DNA of 62,079 bases from an uncultured Pseudomonadota bacterium (GTDB lineage: Bacteria > Babelota > Babeliae > Babelales > RVW-14), in NCBI GenBank assembly GCA_964388745.1, contig CAYMBP010000002.1, positions 20,854-82,932 on the forward strand. Reading direction: 5' to 3'. The notes beneath the pieces are model-generated. The model worked only from the letters and a program-made list of their open reading frames with translations. It was not told the DNA's origin and did not search any database. Below, piece after piece: positions 1 to 8,829 of the stretch (position 1 is its first letter; every line of letters begins with the position of its first letter). A program made the translations under genes and the position numbers.

Positions 1-180
1 ATTGGGGGTGTCAAAGAAAAGATATTAGCTGCAAAACAAAATGGTCTTTCACACATTATTATTCCTAAAATGAATGAAAAAGATGTTGAGGAAATTAAAG
101 AAATCACAAGTGGCCTTGATATTATTTTCGTTGAAAATGTTGATGAAGTCCTTAATCACGTTCTATTGCCTGCAGCATAA
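1..180 (+). CDS. lon: Lon protease, C-terminal fragment (5' end lies outside the window)
   Basis: Frame 1 is open from base 1 to TAA at 178-180. The translation IGGVKEKILAAKQNGLSHIIIPKMNEKDVEEI... matches the conserved tail of the Lon proteolytic domain (E. coli [33 protein letters not shown]). Confidence 0.75.
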   Translation: MGGVKEKILAAKQNGLSHIIIPKMNEKDVEEIKEITSGLDIIFVENVDEVLNHVLLPAA

Positions 181-198
181 TACAAAAATAGGTCAACA

Positions 199-240
199 AC
201 TTTGGCGAAGAAATAGCTATAGCTATTTCTTCGCCAAAGT
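199..240. terminator. Perfect 20-bp-arm palindrome between convergent genes (bidirectional terminator candidate)
   Basis: ACTTTGGCGAAGAAATAGCT-AT-AGCTATTTCTTCGCCAAAGT. It sits 19 nt after the lon stop and abuts the stop of the minus-strand ORF at 241. Confidence 0.6.
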
Positions 241-714
241 TTAAGTATAATCAAAATATCTCTTTACCTGCTGCATATCATTAATCATTTTATTAATAGC
301 GTGAAAATAATAAGCAAGAGCTCGCTGTTGGCGCCGCGTAACTGGCTGATCTAAATCTGCCTGTGCCCTCACCTCCCACATATAGGTGTTAAACTTGCGC
401 TTCTCTTGATGCAGCTGAACAATCAAATCATGCACCTGTACATATGCTACCTTTTGGCGACCAACTTGATAATCATTAAATTCTTTACGAATCATGCGAC
501 ACCGCTCCATTAATTCAATAAAATGCGAGAAGTCATACATGATAGCAAATCGATCTCTTAACTGCGGCGTATAACGTATATCAGGCGCCAATGCCTCTTT
601 TTTTCTAAGCTTAATATTTCCTCTATACCGGAAAAAGCTCCAGGTTGTTGCAAGCAAAATTACAATAATAATGGCAACAACCCTTATTCTTTTATTTTTC
701 ATTTCGCATTTCAT
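241..714 (-). CDS. Hypothetical single-pass membrane-anchored protein
   Basis: 157-aa ORF. After a short basic N-terminus comes a hydrophobic segment IRVVAIIIVILLATTWSFF. The rest is charged and helical. No family recognised. Confidence 0.55.
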   Translation of the reverse strand: MKCEMKNKRIRVVAIIIVILLATTWSFFRYRGNIKLRKKEALAPDIRYTPQLRDRFAIMYDFSHFIELMERCRMIRKEFNDYQVGRQKVAYVQVHDLIVQLHQEKRKFNTYMWEVRAQADLDQPVTRRQQRALAYYFHAINKMINDMQQVKRYFDYT

Positions 715-888
715 CCTCTACGCCACCCCAATTATGCTTGATAGGCACAACCTTTATATGCCTGCCAACAGCATACATGCTGCCCAAACACCGATGACTT
801 CATCTATAATTGTAAATTAAAATAATACAGCAAATCAATTATTTTGTTAATTAATTGATTTTAAAGAATACTCTTTCTCAATCGGTTG

Positions 889-917
889 TTGACAGTATGA
901 AACAATTCGAATAGAAT
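889..917 (+). promoter_or_regulatory. Sigma-70-type promoter candidate for the XRE/S24 repressor gene
   Basis: TTGACA (889-894), a 17-nt spacer, then TAGAAT (912-917), about 90 nt upstream of the start codon. Confidence 0.5.
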
Positions 918-1008
918 AAAGGAAAAGCGTTGTTTTCAAAGTCTTAAGCAAGCTAAAACGCTTATTATATGGAATAAAAAGCAAAACTAATAACTGGAGG
1001 TTATGGTT

Positions 1009-1689
1009 ATGACAAGTACGCGCTTACGTGTAAAAGAGATTCTTAAAGAACGCCGCTGGACAACTAAGGTTCTTGCTGAAAAAACAGGCATGTCCGAAAG
1101 CTACCTTACTCACATTAAAAACTCAACTCGACGATGGAACGAAGATGCGCTAAGGAAGCTCTCAGATGCTTTTGAAATGGATCCAATAGAGCTTTTTGAA
1201 CAAGAAGGCCAAGCAGATCGTGATTTAATAAATCCAGCAATCCCTATGGGTGCTTCAGACGGTAGCAGCAAGAGTGGCAATGCTAAGATTGTTCCTGTCG
1301 TTGGTGAAATCCCAGCTCAACCATCGGAATTTAACAACTCTATGATCCAAGCTGAAACAGGATACTCTGGTGAGTTTGTGCCAGTTATCTGGAACAGCAA
1401 GGCAGCTCTTTTTTGCCTTCACCTTCGAGACAGTTCTCACGCTCCCTATTTTTCAAAAGGTGACTATTTAATTGTTGCCCCAGAAGAGGAAGTCAAGTCT
1501 GGTGATATAGTTGCTGTTGAATATGGTAATGACAACCTAGTACGTACTATTGCATCAATCAACTATACAGGAAACATAATTGTTCTTGAGGCAATGAATG
1601 GCAAAGGAAGCCCCCTTGCACTTGTCAAAGGAAAAGATCATTGCCGAATTATAGGCAAAGTTATTTATCGTTATCAAAAATTAGCATAA
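1009..1689 (+). CDS. XRE-family HTH plus S24 (LexA/CI-like) peptidase-domain repressor
   Basis: The N-terminus LRVKEILKERRWTTKVLAEKTGMSESYLTHIKNSTRRWNEDALRKLSDAF is an HTH_XRE. The C-terminus IVPVVGEIPA...LRDSSHAPYFSKGDYLIVAPEEEVKSGDIVAVEY...IIGKVI aligns to the LexA/S24 fold. GGAGG at 996-1000 favours the ATG at 1009 over the ATG at 1003. Confidence 0.75.
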   Translation: MTSTRLRVKEILKERRWTTKVLAEKTGMSESYLTHIKNSTRRWNEDALRKLSDAFEMDPIELFEQEGQADRDLINPAIPMGASDGSSKSGNAKIVPVVGEIPAQPSEFNNSMIQAETGYSGEFVPVIWNSKAALFCLHLRDSSHAPYFSKGDYLIVAPEEEVKSGDIVAVEYGNDNLVRTIASINYTGNIIVLEAMNGKGSPLALVKGKDHCRIIGKVIYRYQKLA

Positions 1690-1885
1690 TAACATAAATA
1701 TTCTTTCTCTTAAAAAGACAAGTCCAAAATTTGCCAAAAGCAGACCTTCTTGGTAGGATAAAGTCATAGTTTTTTACCTTATAATCGACGGTTCCATAGC
1801 AAAGCACTTACCTAGAGCTTTGTTTCTCCTAAACTAACCGTTTTGGATCGTTTAATTATATCAACCCTTTATAGGAGAACCATTG

Positions 1886-2446
1886 ATGTCAACAACTCAA
1901 CAACGTTTTTATGAAACGTTACTTCTTGCAAAAACAGAAATTACTGAAGACGAGCAAGAAACAATGAGAAAAGAGTTTGAGTCTATTTTTTCAAAAGCTA
2001 GCGGTAACATTACTACGTTTGATCGATGGGGTAAGTACCGACTATCCTATCCTGTTCAAAAAAGTGAGTACGGCATTTACATTCTCATGCGCTATGAAAT
2101 TGCTCCAGATAAAGCAACTGAAGCTTTCAAGTCATTTGACACTTACCTTAAGATAAAATGTAATGACTTCATTATGCGTTGGGTAACTATGACTCTTGGA
2201 TCTAATCCACCAGCTCACTATGAAAAGCCTGATTCTCTTGATGCTACAGGTAAGTCTTCAGATATAGACACCTTAATTAAAGATAACAACATTGAAGAAC
2301 TTCTCTCAAGTGTTGATGCCTCATCTGACAAAGAAGTTATTGATCAGACTCAACAAAATTCAGTTGAAAAAGAACCCGAATCATTAGCATCACAAGAAAC
2401 ACCAGATACAACGTCAAACAATCATGATGGAAGCGCAGAAGCATAA
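1886..2446 (+). CDS. rpsF: 30S ribosomal protein S6 with a long acidic C-terminal extension
   Basis: YETLLLAKTEITEDEQETMRKEFESIF...FDRWGKYRLSYPVQKSEYGIYILMRYE is the S6 core. AGGAG at 1873-1877 precedes the ATG at 1886 (a TTG at 1883 is also in frame). About 85 extra Asp/Glu/Ser-rich residues follow the core. Confidence 0.85.
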   Translation: MSTTQQRFYETLLLAKTEITEDEQETMRKEFESIFSKASGNITTFDRWGKYRLSYPVQKSEYGIYILMRYEIAPDKATEAFKSFDTYLKIKCNDFIMRWVTMTLGSNPPAHYEKPDSLDATGKSSDIDTLIKDNNIEELLSSVDASSDKEVIDQTQQNSVEKEPESLASQETPDTTSNNHDGSAEA

Positions 2447-2456
2447 GGAATAATTC

Positions 2457-2741
2457 ATGTCAAAATTTAAATTAAAAGTAAGCTCTCGTCTTCTTCGTAA
2501 GAAAATTAGAAAGCAGTCATACCTTAGCCCAAAACATTGTCGCTTTTGTGGTAATCCTGATCAAGAGGTTCTTCTTGATTATAAAAATGTCTCTTTACTT
2601 AAGGGCTTTTTAACTGAACGTCACAAAATTCTTCCATCTCGCGTATCTGGCAACTGCTTCTATCACCAAAGAATGCTTTCTAGTCATATAAAAACTGCAC
2701 GCTCTATGGCTTTGCTGCCATTTTGCGCAATGCATATGTAA
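2457..2741 (+). CDS. rpsR: 30S ribosomal protein S18
   Basis: CRFCGNPDQEVLLDYKNVSLLKGFLTERHKILPSRVSGNCFYHQRMLSSHIKTARSMALLPF is the S18 signature region. The gene starts 10 nt after rpsF. Confidence 0.9.
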   Translation: MSKFKLKVSSRLLRKKIRKQSYLSPKHCRFCGNPDQEVLLDYKNVSLLKGFLTERHKILPSRVSGNCFYHQRMLSSHIKTARSMALLPFCAMHM

Positions 2742-2754
2742 ATTGATAATAACG

Positions 2755-2785
2755 GGTCCAGGACTGCCTGGGCCTTGTTTTTTTT
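2755..2785 (+). terminator. Rho-independent terminator after rpsF-rpsR
   Basis: GGTCCAGG-ACTG-CCTGGGCC forms an 8-bp stem with one G-U pair, followed by TTGTTTTTTTTAT. Confidence 0.7.
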
Positions 2786-2815
2786 ATAACCCATTAACTT
2801 TAATCTAAGTGACGT

Positions 2816-4621
2816 ATGAGTTTCAATCAACGATTAGATATCAGAAATATTGCTATTATTGCCCACGTAGACCACGGGAAAACAACCCTTGTTGATACCA
2901 TGCTCAAACAATCTGGCTCGCTTAAGCGGGGAACGGAAGATGTTGATCGAGTAATGGATTCTGGGGATATTGAACGGGAGCGTGGAATTACTATCCTTGC
3001 GAAGAACACTTCTATCCAGCTACCTCAAGGCAAGATCAACATTGTTGACACACCGGGTCACATGGACTTTGGTGGAGAAGTTGAGCGTACGTTACAGATG
3101 GTTGAAGGGTTCATGTTGCTTGTTGACGCAGCAGAAGGTCCTTTGCCAGGAACACGCTTTGTACTTCAAAAAGCACTTCAGCTTGATTTAAAACCGCTTG
3201 TTTTAATCAACAAAGTAGACCGAAAAGATGCTGATATTGAGCGTACAGAAGGTATGGTGCATGACCTTTTCTTGGATCTTGCAACCAAAGAGGAACAGCT
3301 TGATTTCCCTATTCTTTACGGCTCATCTCGTTCAGGTTATGTGTCAACTGATCCAACTAAGCGTGATGGTGATATTCAACCTTTATTTGATGCAATTTTG
3401 CATCACGTTCCAGTTCCAACCGAACAACATGACAATTTACAATTCTTAATTACCAATCTTGATTATTCAGATTACCTTGGTCGAATTGCGGTTGGTCGTA
3501 TTTTCAGCGGTACTATGAGCATGAACAAGCAAGTCATTGCTTGTAAAGATGATAATGTCAGTTCACCAAACAAAATTACCAAGCTCTATACCTTTGCCGG
3601 CACCAACCGGGTTGAGACAGAAGAAGCTCAATTTGGTGACATTGTTGCCGTTGCTGGGGTTGATGAGCATATTCAAATTGGTACAACGCTGTGTGATGTT
3701 GACTCTCCAGCACCAATTCCGTACGTTTCCATTGACGAACCAACTTTGTCGGTACTCTTCTCCGTTAACAACTCACCCTTCGCAGGTAAAGAGGGCGACC
3801 TTCTTACTTCACGTCAAATTCGTGATCGCTTGATGAAAGAGCTTAAAACTAATCTTGCATTACGCGTAGAGGAAACTGAATCAGCAGATACTTACAAAGT
3901 TTCTGGTCGAGGTCAGCTCCATTTAGGCATCTTGATTGAAACCATGAGACGAGAAGGCTTTGAATTACAACTTTCAGCTCCTGAAGTTATTTGTAAAACT
4001 ATTAATGGTACCAAGCATGAACCTATTGAGCTTTTGAGCATTGATGTTGAAGAAGCATATCAAGGTGTAATCATGGAAAACCTTGGAAAAAGGCGTGGAA
4101 TCCTTGAAAATATGGAGCATCATGGTGAAAATAAAGTTCACTTAGAATTTAAAATTCCAGCGCGAGGGCTAATTGGTTTTAGAAATCAATTCTTAACTGA
4201 TACGCGAGGCACTGGATTGATGAGTCACCGTTTCTCTGGATATGAGCCTCATGCAGGAGATATTCCTACGAGAACCAAGGGTGCACTTATCTCCATGGAG
4301 CTTGGTGAAGCAACTCCATATTCACTTGATGGACTTCAGCCGCGAGGTGTCCTTTTTATTGGACCAAATGAACAGGTATATGAAGGCATGATTATTGGTG
4401 AACATTCGCGAGATAATGATCTTGATGTTAATCCAACCAAAAAAAAGAAGTTAACCAACATGAGAGCTTCTGGCTCTGATGATGCGGTTAAGCTTGCACC
4501 TCCACGTAAAATGACCCTAGAGATTGCACTTGATTGGATTAATGATGATGAGCTTATTGAGGTAACTCCTGAATCTATTCGATTAAGAAAAGTTCAGTTA
4601 AGAGCATCATTAAGAAAATAA
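2816..4621 (+). CDS. typA: Translational GTPase TypA/BipA
   Basis: IRNIAIIAHVDHGKTTLVD, DTPGHMDFGGEVER and NKVDR are the G motifs. Length is 601 aa, with a BipA-type C-terminus (GMIIGEHSRDNDLDVNPTK...). Confidence 0.92.
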   Translation: MSFNQRLDIRNIAIIAHVDHGKTTLVDTMLKQSGSLKRGTEDVDRVMDSGDIERERGITILAKNTSIQLPQGKINIVDTPGHMDFGGEVERTLQMVEGFMLLVDAAEGPLPGTRFVLQKALQLDLKPLVLINKVDRKDADIERTEGMVHDLFLDLATKEEQLDFPILYGSSRSGYVSTDPTKRDGDIQPLFDAILHHVPVPTEQHDNLQFLITNLDYSDYLGRIAVGRIFSGTMSMNKQVIACKDDNVSSPNKITKLYTFAGTNRVETEEAQFGDIVAVAGVDEHIQIGTTLCDVDSPAPIPYVSIDEPTLSVLFSVNNSPFAGKEGDLLTSRQIRDRLMKELKTNLALRVEETESADTYKVSGRGQLHLGILIETMRREGFELQLSAPEVICKTINGTKHEPIELLSIDVEEAYQGVIMENLGKRRGILENMEHHGENKVHLEFKIPARGLIGFRNQFLTDTRGTGLMSHRFSGYEPHAGDIPTRTKGALISMELGEATPYSLDGLQPRGVLFIGPNEQVYEGMIIGEHSRDNDLDVNPTKKKKLTNMRASGSDDAVKLAPPRKMTLEIALDWINDDELIEVTPESIRLRKVQLRASLRK

Positions 4622-4649
4622 ACCTCTCTGCTTTATAATTAAGAATTTA

Positions 4650-4676
4650 GGCAGCTCGAAAAATTTCTGAGCTGCC
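4650..4676. terminator. Hairpin between convergent typA and the ORF at 4741-5400
   Basis: GGCAGCTC-(11 nt)-GAGCTGCC, followed by a T-rich tract CACTTTCTATCTCTTT. Confidence 0.45.
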
Positions 4677-4740
4677 CACTTTCTATCTCTTTAAACTTAC
4701 TTCTTAAGTTCTTCTTTAACTTATCAAAATTTGTTAGCAT

Positions 4741-5400
4741 TTAAACTTCATCTTTATGCCCTAACTCTTTATCAAACTCTAATACACGCTGATAGGCTAA
4801 ATTTTGCTGAATATCTCGCAGCAGGCTTAACTGATCATTCATGAGCATACCTGAATCAAGAATCTGTTTAACTTTTTGAATTTGTATTTTTTGAAATGTT
4901 GCAAATAATTTACGCTGCCCTTTATTCAATGTCTTTTCAAACAAATCAAGGTCTTTTTCTTGCAATCGAGCATATTCACGAAGTTGATCAAGACTGTAAG
5001 TTGCCCCTTTAAAAAAGCTATTCTTTCCTGCTAACATAAAGGCATCATATAATTTGCATTCTCGCAACAATAAGCCTTCGTACGACTTGACAAAGACCTG
5101 CTGCCGCTTTTTTTCTTCTTGCTGTAATGCCTCTTTATGCAGATTCTCTCCTTTTTTTACTTTTGCCCTCATTCGACGCTGACTCACTGGTACTTTTGAT
5201 TCAACTATGGGCATGCTTTTAACTTGTGCATAAGCAGCAAGTGCTTCTTGTGATAACCGCTGATGTTGCAAATCAGTCTGTAACTCCGCAAGTGGCGTTA
5301 ATAATTTTTGACTCAAAGAAAAATGGCGCAAAAGTAATGACATTCCGCAAAAACCAACAATCAAGATAACAATCATTTTTAAAAAATTACTATTATTCAC
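4741..5400 (-). CDS. Hypothetical membrane-anchored coiled-coil protein
   Basis: 219-aa ORF. The N-terminal anchor is FLKMIVILIVGFCGMSLLL. The remainder is Gln/Lys/Glu-rich and helical. No family recognised. Confidence 0.55.
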   Translation of the reverse strand: MNNSNFLKMIVILIVGFCGMSLLLRHFSLSQKLLTPLAELQTDLQHQRLSQEALAAYAQVKSMPIVESKVPVSQRRMRAKVKKGENLHKEALQQEEKKRQQVFVKSYEGLLLRECKLYDAFMLAGKNSFFKGATYSLDQLREYARLQEKDLDLFEKTLNKGQRKLFATFQKIQIQKVKQILDSGMLMNDQLSLLRDIQQNLAYQRVLEFDKELGHKDEV

Positions 5401-5824
5401 CTATCCCCCTCTCTGCACTTATCAACAATAGACCCTATTCATCATTAATAGTAACAATCAAAAAAGACAAAATAAACAATTTGAATTAATTGTCAAAACA
5501 TCACTGATTTTAAGATATATTATTAAATATTATTTTGATAAAGACTAAAACTCAATCTACACTTTTTTCAAAGCTTGCAAATTAGAATACCTTGACCATC
5601 TCAATATTCATTTACTCACCATGTCAAACATATCTCACAACTTAACCCAATTTCTTACAGCACTAAGTTGGCCTAATTTCTCAAGATAACTTAAAGTAAA
5701 AGCCCTCTTCCTCTTGATCTGAAAACAATTTTGAGGTAAAAAATAACAACAGGAGATGTCATTTTTACATGATTGTTCTTATAACAAATATTGTTAATAG
5801 ATTTATGACGAAAGGGTATATTTT

Positions 5825-6529
5825 ATGAAGAAAGTTAGTAAAATCTTACTTATCCAAGGAGTTACTTATGCTCTCTTTTTCTCATCATTCAATACTCTAT
5901 TTTGTAAACGAAACCGGCATCGACAACAGCGTGCAACTAACTACGAGCAGAAAAGAGGAGGTTCTAGCTCAAAATCTCATAAAAGCTCCTCATTTCAACG
6001 CTTTTCATCTGTTAATGGCAAAACTGAACGCATTAACATAAGTTACTCTAGCAATATTACACTTTCAGATGATGACGGAGTCAAAGAGCATCTTAAAAGC
6101 CAACTTGATCTCAAATCAATGAATGATCAAAAAGAAATTCTTATTGAATCCCTTCAAGGAAAAAATGATTTTCCTGCACACTTAAAAATTGCCTCAAACA
6201 ATGATAATGTCATACTAAAATCAGTTATAATCAGCATCAATGGCCCATCAATTAGACTCGCTTTTTCCGTTAATGAAGAAGGGTCTGCCTATGAAATAGC
6301 ATATGATGTCAATGAACTTAGCTTTGACAGGGCCCTAAAAAGAATACAAACAATCAATACAAATGATCATATCTCTCGCTTTAAAGAAAAGGTAACAAAT
6401 ATGCCCACCCAAGAAGAACAATCAATGGAAGGATTTCAACAAAATATACAATCACAAATGAATGAAATGAAACAAAAAATAAGCAATATGATGCAAGAGA
6501 TGAATAAGGCATTTAAGGATAATGCATAG
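5825..6529 (+). CDS. Secreted hypothetical protein, tandem family A member 1
   Basis: The N-terminal hydrophobic signal-like segment is ILLIQGVTYALFFSSFNTLF. It shares KEILIESLQGKNDFP...LKSVIISINGPSIRLAFSV and AYEIAYD...RALKRIQTIN with the next gene. Confidence 0.65.
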   Translation: MKKVSKILLIQGVTYALFFSSFNTLFCKRNRHRQQRATNYEQKRGGSSSKSHKSSSFQRFSSVNGKTERINISYSSNITLSDDDGVKEHLKSQLDLKSMNDQKEILIESLQGKNDFPAHLKIASNNDNVILKSVIISINGPSIRLAFSVNEEGSAYEIAYDVNELSFDRALKRIQTINTNDHISRFKEKVTNMPTQEEQSMEGFQQNIQSQMNEMKQKISNMMQEMNKAFKDNA

Positions 6530-6684
6530 CTAAATAATCTTAACTTGACACAGTCTATTTTGCCAAAATCATGAGGCTATAACTCATGTCCAGCATCACT
6601 AAACCTAGCACTAAGCTCTGGAATCCTTATTAAAGGCAAATAACAACGATAAAAGTCATAAAGAACCCAGTATTAAGGAAGCTT

Positions 6685-7632
6685 ATGAAAAATTTTAAAA
6701 TTTTAACCCAAGCCGTTGCCCTTGCTGTTTTGAGCGCTGCACATTACAATCTCAGCGCTACAACTCACATGGATATTAACTCTGCTATTATTCCCACAGC
6801 AGATATAAGACTCTCTGTTGAAGTATACTCTAACATTAACAATGAAGAGTCATATTCTTCAAAAAAATATTTACTCACAGATATTGTTGTACCAGATAAT
6901 ATGGGCATTATGGAATACCTTGATAATGAAATTATACATAATCCCTCAGCAGATCAAAAATTTAATATGAAAGAAATCATTATTGAATCTATCACAGGTA
7001 AAAATGATTACCCATTTTTTGATCAATTTTCAATAAATGATCAGCTCACACTTAAAAAAGTCATGATTGATATTGACAATAACGAGGTATCAATCTTTTT
7101 CACTTTAGATGACAATAAAATTGAAGATCTTGATTTGACCGAAAAAAATCCTAAAGATAATTTCTTGAATACCGATCAATCAAACCAAAGAAAAGCCTTT
7201 AAAATAGAATACAATACCAATTGCAGCAAATTAACGCGTGCAGTTAAGAATATAACTTCTATTGATTTTTACATACACGAAGCTCTTTATGAAACCAAAA
7301 CTGGTATGATTCTTATGAGTAAAGAAGATGATATGATCACTCGACTTGATCGAGAAGATGCCTGGATGGAATACCTTGATAACCGAATGGATGATATTCA
7401 AGAGCAAGTAGACCTTATTAAAGAAAATGTAAATGAAGCGCTCAAAGCCCTTTTAGGGGAAAATTGGGCAGAAACTCAATTAACTGAATGTGAAGATCTT
7501 GAAGAAAGCGACGATACATTTGAAACACGCTCAGTCATGTTTAACGGCGGCAAGCATAAAGGGAAACGGCATGGAACCAAACGGCGCAAGATTTCTTCAT
7601 GCCATACTTGTAAGCCGCATAATGCACCGTAG
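6685..7632 (+). CDS. Secreted hypothetical protein, tandem family A member 2 (basic Cys/His tail)
   Basis: Signal peptide MKNFKILTQAVALAVLSAAHYNLSA. It shares KEIIIESITGKNDYP...LKKVMIDIDNNEVSIFFTL and AFKIEYN...RAVKNITSID with 5825-6529. The C-terminus is GGKHKGKRHGTKRRKISSCHTCKPHNAP. Confidence 0.65.
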   Translation: MKNFKILTQAVALAVLSAAHYNLSATTHMDINSAIIPTADIRLSVEVYSNINNEESYSSKKYLLTDIVVPDNMGIMEYLDNEIIHNPSADQKFNMKEIIIESITGKNDYPFFDQFSINDQLTLKKVMIDIDNNEVSIFFTLDDNKIEDLDLTEKNPKDNFLNTDQSNQRKAFKIEYNTNCSKLTRAVKNITSIDFYIHEALYETKTGMILMSKEDDMITRLDREDAWMEYLDNRMDDIQEQVDLIKENVNEALKALLGENWAETQLTECEDLEESDDTFETRSVMFNGGKHKGKRHGTKRRKISSCHTCKPHNAP

Positions 7633-7662
7633 AAGATACTGAAAAATATCAAACAAAAGAAC

Positions 7663-7696
7663 GATATTTGGCAGGTTTTAATACCTGCCAAATATC
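7663..7696. terminator. 13-bp perfect hairpin between convergent genes
   Basis: GATATTTGGCAGG-TTTTAATA-CCTGCCAAATATC, lying between the stop at 7632 (+) and the stop at 7704 (-). Confidence 0.6.
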
Positions 7697-7703
7697 ATAA
7701 AAA

Positions 7704-8275
7704 CTACTCTTTTTCAACCACAACCAATTCGTCACCAATAAGATCATAATAACTTTTTTCCCCTATCTTAATCTCTTTCAGGTCTGCTTCTAATGCTTTT
7801 TGCGACTCTTCACCTCCACCCGACTTAATAAATCGATCAAGTGTGTCAACAACGCTATTTAAAAGGTCTTGCAAATCATTATATAGTGAACGGGCTTTAT
7901 CATAAGCATTATTTTCTATTCTAACTCCAGCTTCAAAAATTTTATCAATCTCTCCCTTAGCAATTTCTTGCGTAAGAACAGCACTCATCAAGATAGCAGA
8001 TCCAGGCATTTTGTCTTTTGGAATGTTAGAGCCAGCTTCAAATTTAAAATAAGGTTCTAATGATATTATTACGCTACCTACTCGCTCACGCTGAACTTCA
8101 TCATCTTCACCGTCTTACTTAATTTTCGATCAAGCTCATCCGTTCTTGCTCTCATTTTTTCAGCACTCTCTTCAGCCTTTTTTTAGCCTCTTCCATTTTT
8201 CTACGAGCCTGTTTTATTGGAGACTCCTCCTGAGAAGATTTATCAAAAACCTTAACAGACTAGCACTGTGAACCT
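7704..8275 (-). pseudogene. Frameshifted gene for a charged coiled-coil protein (only the 3' ORF 7704-8009 is intact)
   Basis: On the minus strand, AAGGA plus ATGATG at 8275 opens a reading frame. Coherent charged peptides then continue in three successive frames: VKVFDKSSQEESPIKQARRKMEEAKK, then AEESAEKMRARTDELDRKLSK, then DGEDDEVQRERVGSVIISLEPYFKFEAGSNIPKDKMPGSAILMS.... One frame change falls at an A7 run. Confidence 0.5.
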
Positions 8276-8537
8276 TCTTCATCATTACTTTCCTTTCTTC
8301 AAAAATCTTCAGGAATAATATTTGATTAGCTTAATAATTTAATAATATCTATTTTGCTTTAACACAGTCCTCCCCCTAATAAAAATATTTTTGAAAAATT
8401 GAATTTAAAAAATATTTAAAAAATTTACTTGCTATAAAAATTTTTTTAGAGTAATAATAAAAATAAGAGAGGGTATTACTTACAACAATGCAATGATAAA
8501 AACAAAGAAAAAACCCTAACAAAAGGAGGATTAGGCT

Positions 8538-8825
8538 ATGAATAAACGTTGTTTTATGTCAATACTGCTTCTATCTTTTTCTCTACTTTCATCTCAGATT
8601 CACGCAGAAAATCAGAATTTTTTCATTGAAAGCTCAATATTTCATCAAAAACAATCTTCATCAGGATTAAAGAAAAAATCCTGCCATGATCAAAACTTTC
8701 CCCATGAGCATGAACCCCACGAAGAGCATCAAGAAGAACAGATGTTCTTTATATCGTGCGATCAAGGGTCAACACAAAGAGCTCGTCGTTACCGACAACG
8801 AAAAAAATTATCTAAGATAGGATAA
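8538..8825 (+). CDS. Small secreted His/Glu-rich protein
   Basis: AGGAGG at 8524-8529. Signal peptide MSILLLSFSLLSSQIHA. It contains HEHEPHEEHQEE and a basic tail RARRYRQRKKLSKIG. Confidence 0.55.
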   Translation: MNKRCFMSILLLSFSLLSSQIHAENQNFFIESSIFHQKQSSSGLKKKSCHDQNFPHEHEPHEEHQEEQMFFISCDQGSTQRARRYRQRKKLSKIG

Positions 8826-8829
8826 GGGT

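Noticed and set aside
1690-1885. Possible structured rpsF leader (an S6:S18 autoregulatory element). A small hairpin CAAAGC-(11 nt)-GCTTTG was seen.
   Set aside because: There is only a 6-bp stem, and I cannot verify the conserved leader motif by eye. The evidence is not sufficient.
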